Source: an uncultured bacterium (GTDB lineage: Bacteria > Actinomycetota > Thermoleophilia > Solirubrobacterales > 70-9). From it: DNA of 64,000 bases. The translations under genes were made by a program, and so were the position numbers. The notes under the pieces were generated by a model. The model searched no databases. It had not been told where the DNA came from and worked only from the letters and a program-made list of their open reading frames with translations. Shown here in pieces: positions 1-8,830 of the stretch (the stretch's first letter is position 1; each line of letters begins with the position of its first letter). The stretch covers positions 39,581 to 103,580 of the forward strand of contig CAVWWY010000014.1 of NCBI GenBank assembly GCA_963758865.1, read 5' to 3'.

Positions 1-1148
1 AGCGACACGCCGACCACAACCGGTCCGCCGCCCCCTTCGGGGCCGACGCGCAGACGACGAGGGAACGTCCCAACCGGTGACGGGGTCGGCGGGGTGCGCC
101 TGTTCAAGTACGGCGACTTCGACCGCCCGTCTACGTGGCCCAGCCACCCGACAGCGACCTGCCTGTTCGTCGTCGAGCAGGCCGGGCGGGTCATCGTCCT
201 GCAGGACGGCCGTCCCGTCGCCAAGCCGTTTCTGGACCTGACCGACCAGGTCTCCTGTTGCGGCGAGCAGGGCCTTCTCTCGATCGCGTTCGCGCCCGAC
301 TACGCCGCCTCGGGGCGCTTCTACGTGGACTACACGGACACCGCGGGCGACATGCGGGTGGTCGAATATCAGCGCTCCTCCGATCCGCTCGTCGCCGACC
401 CCGAGAGCCGCCGCGTCGTGCTCGGGGTCGATCAGCCGTTCTCGAACCACAACGGCGGCCTGCTGCTCTTCGGCCCCGACCGGCTGCTCTACATCGGCCT
501 CGGGGATGGCGGCGGGGCGGGCGACCAGGACCGAAGGGGCCAGGACCTCTCGACCCTGCTGGCCAAGCTCCTTCGCATCGACCCCGTGGCCGTCGAACGG
601 TAAGCCCTACACGATGCCCTCCGACAACCCGTTCATCGATCGTCCCGGCGCCCGCCCCGAGATCTACTCCTACGGGCTTCGCAACCCTGGAGGTTCTCGT
701 TCGACCGCCGGACGGACGCCCTGTCGATAGGGGACGTGGGGCAGGACGAATTCGAGGAAATCGACGGCGTCCGGCGCGGCGAGGGCGCCGGAGCGAATTT
801 CGGCTGGTCCGCCTTCGAGGGCAACCAGCGCTTCAACGAGGACCAGGAGGCCCCGGCCACGTGCCCCCGCTGCTCGTCTACCCGCTTGACTCCGGGTGCT
901 CGGTCACGGGGGGCTACGTCGTCCGGGACCCGGGCCTCGCCACGCTCTACGGACGCTACCTCTACGGGGACTTCTGCGAGGGCGAGCTGCACAGCTTCCC
1001 CGCCCGCCCCGACGAGCCCGCAACAGACGACCGGGCGCTCGGGGTCAAGGTCCCGTCCCTGAGCTCGTTCGGCGAGGACAACGCCGGCCACGTCTACGCG
1101 ACCTCGCTCGAGGGACCCGTCTACCGGCTGGTCGCCGAGAAGCCATAG
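1..1148 (+). pseudogene. PQQ-dependent sugar dehydrogenase (soluble glucose/sorbosone dehydrogenase family), paralogue 1; frame-disrupted, probably 5'-truncated by the window edge
   Basis: Frame 1 is open from nt 1, with no start codon before GVGGVRLFKYGDF. Family motifs are spread over three frames (ORFs 94-603, 506-730, 736-1062, 135-1148): [99 protein letters not shown]. Approximate frame breaks near 129, 165, 600, 687 and 855. Confidence 0.8.
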
Positions 1149-1185
1149 GCCGCGTCAAGCACCTGCCTCCCGCTGCCGATCAGAG

Positions 1186-2373
1186 GTGTGGATGAGGGGC
1201 GCGGGAAAGATTGCGCTTGCCCTGACCCTGGCCGCCGTCGCCGCCCTCGGCGGCCAGGCAGCCGCCGGGTCGGCCCCGGCCGCCGGCGCTCTCCCGCTCG
1301 AGCTGCAGAGGATCGGGAAGTTCCGGCAACCGGTCTACGTGGACGACGCCCCGGGCTTTCCCCGGCTTCTGTTCGTGGTCGAGCAGCCCGGCAGGATCTC
1401 GGTGCTCCGAGGCGGCCACCGCCTCCGGCGCCCATTCCTCGACCTGCGGGAGCGGGTGAAGTCGGATAGCAACGAGCGCGGACTGCTATCGATCGCGTTT
1501 CCGGCCGACTACCTTCGCTCGCGGCGCTTCTACGTCTACTACACGAACGAGAACGGCGACATCGAAGTCGACGAGTTCGCGCCGCGCGCCAAACCATCCC
1601 GCTCGCGCCCTGGTGTCGTCGCGGCGCCGCGTTCTGGTCATCCCCACCCCGGACAAAGGAACCACAACGGCGGGCAGCTCCAGTTCGGGCCTCACGGCCA
1701 TCTGTACATCGGGACCGGCGACGGCGGCGGGGCGGGCGACAGCGGCGACAACGCGCGCCACCTCGACGTCCTGCTCGGAAAGCTCCTGCGGATCGACCCC
1801 CGCAAGAAGTGGTCAGCGGGCGTACACGGTCCCACGGGCAACCCGTTCGTGGGCCATCGCCGCGCCCGGCCCGAGATCTACGCCTACGGGCTCCGAAACC
1901 CCTGGCGATTCTCGATCGACCGCTCCGACCGGCATGCTGGCGATCGGCGACGTCGGGCAGGCCCACGAGGAGGAGGTCGACTACACGAGGATCCGGGCGG
2001 CCAGGGGAGCGAACTTCGGCTGGCCGAAGCACGAGGGCAACACGATCTACGACCCCAGCCGGCCGGACCCCAACCCCAACCCGCCCTCCCCGACCTTTCC
2101 CATCCTCACCTACACGCACGCGATCGGCTGCGCATCATCGGCGGCTACGTGGTCCACGACGCCGACTGCCCTCACTCGACGGTCGCTACCTGTACGCCGA
2201 CCTCTGCAACGGGCAGCTCCGGAGCCTGGTTCCGAGCACCGGCTGGCGCGAGCGATGATCGGGACACCGGGCTCGCGGTTCGCTGGCCCAGCTCCTTCGG
2301 AGAGGGGCGTCGGGGGCGGATCTACGTCGCCTCCCGCATGGGGCCCGTATACAGGCTGAAACAAGGACCCTGA
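1186..2373 (+). pseudogene. PQQ-dependent sugar dehydrogenase, paralogue 2 (signal peptide present); frame 1 stays open end to end but homology jumps frames
   Basis: N-terminal signal-like KIALALTLAAVAALGGQAAAG. Motifs LLFVVEQPGRISVL, GLLSIAFPADY, NHNGGQLQFGPHGHLYIGTGDGGG, KLLRIDP, YAYGLRNPWRFSID in ORF 1186-2373. GMLAIGDVGQ..ANFGWPKHEG in ORF 1613-2359. LDGRYLYADLC in ORF 1809-2258. The end GRIYVASRMGPVYRL is back in frame 1. Approximate breaks near 1600, 1645, 1928, 2131, 2172 and 2255. Confidence 0.8.
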
Positions 2374-2446
2374 TCGCTTTCGTCCCGACGTCGGCGCCCA
2401 ATCCCATGCGGGTGGACGCCGGGGCCGATCCTCTAGTCTCCAGCCC

Positions 2447-3641
2447 GTGCCAGGCGGGGTGAAGACCGGCGCGCGCGTCGTCGCCGTGGGCGTGGTGGCT
2501 GCGCTCGCGCTGATCGCCATGAGCCCCGGAAGCGGCGCCCGTTCTCCAGAGCAACAAAAGGTCGGCGACGGGCGAGGCGGGATCACCAAGCGCAGGATCG
2601 GGAACTTCGTCTCCCCGACCTACGTCACCCACGCCCCCGGCGCCCCGGGCTTTCTGTACGTGGTCGAGCAACGCGGCACGGTCAGGGTGCTCGACCACGG
2701 TCAGATCCGGAGGGCTCGATTCCTCGACATCCGGGGCCGGGTCTCCTCCGGGGGCGAGCGTGGGCTCCTCTCGATCGCCTTCGATCCCAGGTATGCCCGC
2801 AACCACCGCTTCTACGCCTACTACACGAACCGCGGCGGAAATCTGGAGATCGACGAGTTTCGCGCCCCCTCCAACGCCCGCGCGACCCGGAGCTCGCGCC
2901 GCCGGGTGATCGTGGTCGCGCACCCGGGCGCGGCGAACCACAACGGCGGCCAGCTCGCTTTCGGGCCGGACGGGTACCTGTACGCCGGAACCGGCGACGG
3001 AGGGGACGGGGGGACCCCCGCGAGAACGCCCAGAACAAGCACAAGCTCCTCGGCAAGCTGCTGCGGATCGACCCCCACAAGCAGGGCGCAAGCGCTACCG
3101 CGTCCCACGCGGGAACCCGTACGTCGGCGCTCCGGGCCGGGACGAGATCTACGCGCTCGGCCTGCGGAACCCGTTCAGGTTCTCCTTCGACAAGGGGCGG
3201 ATCTCGATCGGCGACGTCGGGCAGGAGCGCTTCGAGGAGGTCGACTCGAGGGCCACCGCGTCGCTTCGCGGCGCCAACTTCGGGTGGGACCACTTCGAGG
3301 GCGACCATCGCTTCGACGCTCCGGGCGACAACGAGGCGCCCCGGCCGAAGCGGCGCTACCGGCCGCCGATCTTCGAGTACTCGCACGGGTCGAGTCGGTG
3401 CGCGATCATCGGCGGCTACGTGGTTCGAAGCCCGAGGCTGGGCAGCCTCAGGGGCCGCTACCTGTACACGGACCTCTGCGCGAGCGGCCTGCGGAGCTTC
3501 GTCCCGCACCGCAACCGCGGCAGGGCCGACCGCGCCCTCGGCCTCCACGTCTCCCAGCCCAGCTCATTCGGCGAAGGCCCGCAGGGGTCGATCTTCGTCA
3601 CCTCGCTGAGCGGCCCGGTCTACAAGCTGGTTCACAAGTAG
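2447..3641 (+). pseudogene. PQQ-dependent sugar dehydrogenase, paralogue 3 (signal peptide present); two frame breaks
   Basis: GFLYVVEQRGTVRVL, GLLSIAFDPRY, NHNGGQLAFGPDGYLYAGTGDGG in ORF 2447-4675. After the GGGGGG run at 3008-3013, homology continues in another frame (DPRENAQNKHKLLGKLLRIDP). From about 3090 it moves to the frame of ORF 3420-3641 (YALGLRNPFRFSFD, ANFGWDHFEG, IIGGYVV, GRYLYTDLC, GPVYKLVHK). Confidence 0.8.
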
Positions 3642-3682
3642 GCGCCCGGCGCCCCCCGGCGCGCGGAGTAGAGTCCGGGGGG

Positions 3683-5257
3683 ATGGAGAGCGCCACCGCC
3701 CCTGAGAAGGCCGCCGAGCGTTCGTCCGACGACGGAGCCAATGCGGAAGCGGCGAGCTTCGACGTCAATCGCCCAACCGACGGGTCGGTGATCCGCAGCC
3801 TCCCGATCGACCCCCCCGAACGCGTGGCCGACGTGGTCGGACGCGTTCGCGCCGCTCAGCCCGAGTGGGAGGCGATGGGGTTCGCCGGACGGCGTCGCTG
3901 GCTGGAGCAGCTGCGCGACTGGATCCTCGACCACCAGGACGAGCTCGACGACCGCATGCAGGAGGAGAGCGGAAAGGTCCGAGCCGATGCAGCGCTGGAG
4001 GCCTTCTACCTGCTCGACGCGATCAACTTCTGGTGCAGCCGCGGTCCGGGCTTCCTGGCGGACGAGACCATCACCCCGCACGTGCCGCTGCTTCGCAGCC
4101 GCAGGGCAAAGATCGCCTACCGGCCCTACCCCGTGGCCGGCATCATCAGCCCCTGGAACTTCCCCCTGATCCTCTCCCTCGGGGACGGGATCCCGGCGCT
4201 CGTCGCCGGATGCGCCCTCGTCATCAAGCCGTCGGAGTTCACCCCGCTCACGCTGATGGAGCTCGCTCGCGCCTGGAGGGAGGACCTCGGCGCCCCCGAC
4301 GTGTTCGACGTCGTCAACGGCATGGGTGAGACGGGCGGCGCACTCGTCGACGAGTGCGACTTCATCCAGTTCACCGGGTCGGAGCGAACGGGGAAGATCG
4401 TGATGAAGCGCGCCGCGGACACCCTGACGCCGCTGAGCCTGGAGCTGGGCGGCAAGGACCCGATGATCGTCACGAGCGACGCGGACATCGATCGCGCGGC
4501 GAACGCCGCCGCCTTCGGTGGCCTGCTCAACACCGGCCAGATCTGCCTTTCGATCGAGCGCGTCTACGTCGAGGAGCCTGTCTACGACGAGTTCGTGACG
4601 AAGCTCGAGAGGAACGTGAATCCCTGCGCCAGGGCGCCGACGGACGAAACTACTCGGCGGAGATCGGCGCGATGACCTCGCCCAACCAGATCGAGATCGT
4701 CTCGGAGCACGTCGAGGACGCGCGTCGCAAGGGCGCGCGGATCCTGACGGGCGGTCGGCGCAAGGATGGTCCCGGTGACTGGTACGAGCCAACCGTGATC
4801 GCCGATGCCGATCACTCGATGACCGTGATGCGCGAGGAGACGTTCGGTCCCGTGGTGCCGGTGATGAAGGTCAGGGACACCGAGGACGCCGTGCGGATGG
4901 CGAACGACACGACCTACGGCCTCGGAGGCGCGGTGTTCGCCGGCGACGTGAGCCGTGGGGGAGCGGATCGCGCGGCGCGTCGAAGCGGGCACGGTGGCCG
5001 TCAACGACCTGTTCATGACCAACTACTCGGTGCTCGGCCTGCCGATGGGGGGCTGGAAGCACTCCGGGATCGGCTACCGCCACGGCCAGGTCGGGATCCG
5101 CAAGTTCTGCCGTTCGGAGTCGCTTACCGTGCCGCGGCTCCCGCAGCCGAAGCGCGAGTTCCTCTGGTTCCCGTACAGCCCGCGGCAGCGTGGCTTCGTC
5201 CGGCGGCTCTATCGGCTGCTGAACGCGCGCGGGCTCCGCAACCGCCTCGGGATCTAG
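3683..5257 (+). pseudogene. NAD(P)-dependent aldehyde dehydrogenase (succinate-semialdehyde/aldehyde DH family); two frame breaks
   Basis: ATG at 3683. Motifs PWNFP, VIKPSEFTP, LELGGKDP and QICLSIERVYV lie in ORF 2447-4675. Homology continues in ORF 4354-5382 (EETFGPVVPVMKV, TYGLGGAVF) and then ORF 4955-5257 (GTVAVND..GGWKHSGIGYRHG). Breaks near 4620 and 4958, the latter at a GGGGG run. Confidence 0.85.
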
Positions 5258-5269
5258 CCGCCTCCCCGC

Positions 5270-7624
5270 TCAGCCGGCGGGGACGAGCTGCTCGCGAAGC
5301 TGCTTGGCCGCCTGGACCATGTTTCGCAGCGCGGGCTCGACCTCGTCCCAGGTGCGGGTCTTCAGCCCGCAATCGGGATTGACCCAGATCTGCTCCGGCT
5401 CGAGCACCTTGGCGGCGGCCTCCAGAAGCTTGGCCATCTCCTCCGCCGGCGGCACCCGCGGAGAGTGGATGTCGTAGACGCCCGGCCCGATCTTGAGCGC
5501 ATATCCGGTGCGCTCCCAGTCGTGGAGCAGCTCCATCCGGGAACGGGCCGCCTCGATCAGCAGCACGTCGGCGTCCATCTGCTGGATCTGCTCCATGATG
5601 TCCCCGAAGTCCGAGTAGCACATGTGGGTGTGGATCTGGGTCTCGTTCTTGACTCCCGCGCTCGCGACCCGGAAGCAGTGGACGGCCCACTCCAGGTAGG
5701 CATCCCAGCGGTCGCGACGAAGCGGCAGCCCCTCGCGGATGGCCGGCTCATCCACCTGGACGACCTTGATCCCCTCGGCCTCTAGGTCACCCACCTCGTC
5801 ACGGATCGCGAGCGCCAGCTGCTCGCAGGTCTCCGAGCGCGGCTGGTCGTCCCGCACGAATGACCATTGCAACATGGTCACCGGGCCGGTGAGCATGCCC
5901 TTGACGGGCTTCTCGGAGAGCGACTGCGCGAAGGCGATCCAATCCGTCGTCATCGGCTGAGGCCGGTTGACGTCGCCGAAGATGATCGGCGGGCGCACAT
6001 AACGTGAGCCGTAGGACTGCACCCACGCGTTCTGGGTGAAGACGTACCCCTCCATCTGCTCGGCGAAGTACTGGACCATGTCGTTGCGCTCCGGCTCGCC
6101 GTGGACGAGCACGTCGAGCCCGACCTCCTCCTGGAAGCGGATCACCCGCTCGATCTCCGAGCGCATGCGACGGTCATAAGCCGTTCGGTCGATCTTGCCC
6201 TCGCGCAGCTCGGCCCGTGCCTGCCGGATCTCGGCCGTCTGTGGGTAGGAGCCGATCGTCGTGGTCGGAAACAGCGGCAGGCCGAGACGGTCGCGCTGGG
6301 CCTCGCGGCGGATCTCGAACGGGCTCTGGCGGCTGGCCGCTTCATCCGTCAGCGCGGCGACCCGGTCGCGGACACCTGGGTTGCGGGTGCGATGGGAGTT
6401 TCGGCGGTCCTCGAGAGCCCGGTCGTTGGCATCGAGCTCGCCGGCGATCGCCTCCCGTCCGTGACCCAGCCCACGTGCGAGCGTCGCGACCTCGCCGACC
6501 TTCTGCTTGGCGAAGGCCATCCACGAGCGCAGCTCGTCGTCGAGCACGTCCGAGGGCGGCTCGGCGTCGAGGTCGACAGGGCTGTGAAGAAGCGAGCAGG
6601 ACGTGGAGACGACCAGCTCCGCGCATCGATCCCGCACGCCACCGAGCAGGTCGAGGCTGTGCTCGAGCTCGTTGATCCAGACATTGCGGCCGTCGACGAT
6701 GCCCGCGAAGAGCCACTTGTCCTCGAGCCCGCCCTCGTCGGCGATCAGCTCGACGTTCTTCGGCCCCTCGCGCTCCATGACGCCGGGGACATCGGCTCCC
6801 CCGCGGTGAAAGTCCAGCCCGATCCCCTCGACGGGCAGATCCCGAAGCACGCCGTAGGCGTCCCCCACGTGGTCGAAGTAGGTCTTGACCAGGATTCGAG
6901 TGCGCTCGTGGACCTTTGCCAGCTCCTCGTAGGCAAGCCGAAGCGCGTCCAGCTCCCGCTCCGATCGGTCCTGCACGAAGCAGGGCTCGTCGAGCTGCAC
7001 CCAGGTGGCTCCCTGCTGGGCGAGGCGCTCGATCACCTCGCCGTAGACCTCGAGCAGCGGCTCGATCAGGCTCAGGCGGTCGTAGTCCTCCGGGACGCCT
7101 TCCGCGGACTTGCCCAGCAACAGGAAGGACACGGGGCCCAGGATCACCGGCACGGTGTCGACCCCCACCTCCTCCATCGCCTCGGAGTGCTCGTCGAAGG
7201 GCTTCGCCGATGCAAGGGTGAAGGTGGTCTCGGGACCGAGCTCGGGGACGATGTAGTGGTAGTTGGTGTCGAACCACTTGGTCATCTCCATGGCGGTCAC
7301 GTCCACCCCGCCCTCCTGGCGACCCCGCGCCATCGCGAAGTAGGTGTCGAGCGCGACCGACTCGGTGACCGCTCCGTAGCGCTTCGGCACCGCGCCCACG
7401 AGGGCGATCGCGTCGAGAACGTGGTCATACAACGAGAAGTCGTTGGAGGGGATCAGGTCGATCCCGGCCTCCTGCATCCCTCGCCAGTTCTCAAGCCGAA
7501 TCCGCTTCGCGACGGCCAGCAGCTCCTCCTCGGAGGCCTCACCGCGCCAATAGCCCTCCAGCGCGAACTTGAGCTCGCGCTTCGGGCCGATCCGCGGGAA
7601 GCCTGCGACGTTCGAAAGAGCCAT
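5270..7624 (-). CDS. metE: 5-methyltetrahydropteroyltriglutamate-homocysteine S-methyltransferase (cobalamin-independent methionine synthase)
   Basis: Intact 784-aa ORF. N-terminal GFPRIGPKRELKFALEGYW. C-terminal Zn-site region HTHMCYSDF and NPDCGLKTR. Two Meth_synt halves of typical MetE length. Confidence 0.95.
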   Translation of the reverse strand: MALSNVAGFPRIGPKRELKFALEGYWRGEASEEELLAVAKRIRLENWRGMQEAGIDLIPSNDFSLYDHVLDAIALVGAVPKRYGAVTESVALDTYFAMARGRQEGGVDVTAMEMTKWFDTNYHYIVPELGPETTFTLASAKPFDEHSEAMEEVGVDTVPVILGPVSFLLLGKSAEGVPEDYDRLSLIEPLLEVYGEVIERLAQQGATWVQLDEPCFVQDRSERELDALRLAYEELAKVHERTRILVKTYFDHVGDAYGVLRDLPVEGIGLDFHRGGADVPGVMEREGPKNVELIADEGGLEDKWLFAGIVDGRNVWINELEHSLDLLGGVRDRCAELVVSTSCSLLHSPVDLDAEPPSDVLDDELRSWMAFAKQKVGEVATLARGLGHGREAIAGELDANDRALEDRRNSHRTRNPGVRDRVAALTDEAASRQSPFEIRREAQRDRLGLPLFPTTTIGSYPQTAEIRQARAELREGKIDRTAYDRRMRSEIERVIRFQEEVGLDVLVHGEPERNDMVQYFAEQMEGYVFTQNAWVQSYGSRYVRPPIIFGDVNRPQPMTTDWIAFAQSLSEKPVKGMLTGPVTMLQWSFVRDDQPRSETCEQLALAIRDEVGDLEAEGIKVVQVDEPAIREGLPLRRDRWDAYLEWAVHCFRVASAGVKNETQIHTHMCYSDFGDIMEQIQQMDADVLLIEAARSRMELLHDWERTGYALKIGPGVYDIHSPRVPPAEEMAKLLEAAAKVLEPEQIWVNPDCGLKTRTWDEVEPALRNMVQAAKQLREQLVPAG

Positions 7625-7649
7625 CGAAGGCTGAGGCTAACAGCAGAGG

Positions 7650-7849
7650 GATATGAGGAGCTTCAGCTCCGAAACAGGCGTGTAAGGGCGCCGCAGGCGC
7701 CCGCAAGGTATTCGAGATATGAGGAGCTTCAGCTCCGAAACAGGCGTGTAAGGGCGCCGCAGGCGCCCGCAAGGTATTCGAGATATGAGGAGCTTCAGCT
7801 CCGAAACAGGCGTGTAAGGGCGCCGCAGGCGCCCGCAGGCGTATTCAGG
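7650..7849 (+). repeat. Tandem array of three 66-bp units of a double-hairpin intergenic repeat (core ~55 nt)
   Basis: ATATGAGGAGCTTCAGCTCCGAAACAGGCGTGTAAGGGCGCCGCAGGCGCCCGCAAGGTATTCGAG starts at 7651, 7717 and 7783. Units 1 and 2 are identical; unit 3 differs at its 3' end. Hairpins are GGAGCT-TC-AGCTCC and GGGCGCC-GCA-GGCGCCC. Confidence 0.95.
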
Positions 7850-7858
7850 CCGGGGCGA

Positions 7859-8749
7859 TCAGCGCAACGGGGCGAAACGCTCGCGCGCCAGGGCGAGCAG
7901 CGCCTTCGCTGCCGGCGCCTGCCGATGCCCGGCGCGCGCCACGAGGGAGACCGGGACCCAGAGCCGCTTGGGGGAGAGCGACCGCACGACCACCGGCGGG
8001 CCATCGACCTCGGCATAGGATCGGGGCAGCACCCCGACCCCGAGGCCACGCGACACAAGCGCCCTCACCGACTCCGGGACGAGGGTCTCGACCGCGATCC
8101 GTGGGTCGACCGCGGCATCCGCGAACGCCTCGTCGGTGACCCGCCGCAGGGCGGATCCCTCCTTGAAGGTGACCAGGGGCCGCTCCGCGAGGTCGGCAAT
8201 CCGCAGGCGCTTTTTCTCGGCGAGCCCGTCGCGGGGGGCGAAGACGGCGACGATCTCCTCACGGAAGAGGACCTCCGCCTCGAGCTCCGGGCCGGCGTCG
8301 TCTGGGCCGATGAGGGCGAACGCGAAGTCCAGCTCCCCTGCCCGCAGGACGTCTCGCATCGGCCCCCAGAGCTCCTCTCGAAGCTGGATCTCGACGCCCG
8401 GGTGACGCTTTCGGAAGTCCGCGAGCAGCCCGGGTATGTCCAGCGGAGGCAGGGGCAGGCTGCCGACCGCGACCCGCCCCCGCGCGAGCCCCGTCAGATC
8501 GTCGATCTCGGCCCGCGCGGCTTCGACCTCGGCCAGCACCCGCTGAGCGCGCGGCAGCAGCAGCTCGCCTGCCTCGGTCAGGGCGACCTGGCGGGTCGTC
8601 CGCGACAGGAGCTCGATCCCCAGCTCGCGCTCCAGCTGGCGGACCTGCTGCGAGAGCCCGGGCTGCGCCACATGGAGCTCCTCGCTGGCGCGCGTGAAGT
8701 GGCGGTGGCGTGCGACAGCGGCGAAGTAGCGAAGCTGGCGAAGCTCCAT
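7859..8749 (-). CDS. LysR-family transcriptional regulator
   Basis: MELRQLRYFAAVARHRHFTRASEELHVAQPGLSQQVRQLE is a typical LTTR wHTH, followed by a substrate-binding domain. Start taken at the internal ATG (8749) of ORF 7859-8917. Confidence 0.9.
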   Translation of the reverse strand: MELRQLRYFAAVARHRHFTRASEELHVAQPGLSQQVRQLERELGIELLSRTTRQVALTEAGELLLPRAQRVLAEVEAARAEIDDLTGLARGRVAVGSLPLPPLDIPGLLADFRKRHPGVEIQLREELWGPMRDVLRAGELDFAFALIGPDDAGPELEAEVLFREEIVAVFAPRDGLAEKKRLRIADLAERPLVTFKEGSALRRVTDEAFADAAVDPRIAVETLVPESVRALVSRGLGVGVLPRSYAEVDGPPVVVRSLSPKRLWVPVSLVARAGHRQAPAAKALLALARERFAPLR

Positions 8750-8830
8750 CGAGGATTCAGTGTAATTGCGTATGGATACTGCGTATGTCGGTCTTGCGCT
8801 TCTCAATCTGATCGGGCATGCTGAGGGCGG

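Noticed and set aside
2447-4675. Apparent 742-aa fusion of a sugar dehydrogenase with an aldehyde dehydrogenase.
   Set aside because: The dehydrogenase homology leaves this frame at about 3010 and terminates at 3641 in another frame. The ALDH has its own ATG at 3683. The open frame across the gap is a GC artefact.
5263-5283. Hairpin TCCCCGC-N7-GCGGGGA between convergent ALDH and metE as a bidirectional terminator.
   Set aside because: It overlaps the metE 3' coding end and has no U-tract on either side. This is too weak to call a terminator.
7653-7685. Mini-ORF inside the repeat: ATG AGG AGC TTC AGC TCC GAA ACA GGC GTG TAA = MRSFSSETGV.
   Set aside because: The stop codon is not conserved in the other copies (TAA becomes TCA). 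One copy begins with GTG, and there is no upstream ribosome-binding site. Conservation fits RNA or DNA structure better than coding.
7651-7716. Hammerhead-ribozyme-like string in the repeat: ..AUGAG-GAGCUUCAGCUC-CGAAAC.. resembles CUGAUGAG-stem II-CGAAAC.
   Set aside because: The essential C3-U4-G5 of the CUGANGA core is not conserved; the copies read GAUAUGA, GUAAUGA, UGGAUGA and UGGGUGA. No stem III or stem I with a UH cleavage site follows GAAA. The resemblance appears coincidental.
7650-7849. Possible CRISPR array, given regularly spaced repeats.
   Set aside because: The 66-bp units abut each other with no unique spacers, there are only three units, no cas genes are present, and the same element occurs singly elsewhere.
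6101-8824. 907-aa plus-strand ORF. Other very long ORFs lie antisense to or out of frame with recognised genes, for example 41258-43837(-), 45744-47921(+), 1121-2119(-), 20130-21527(+) and 24030-25478(+).
   Set aside because: They are Arg/Pro/Gly/Ala-rich with no family motifs, and they lie opposite or out of frame to genes with clear homology. They are the expected stop-poor shadow ORFs of about 70% GC DNA.
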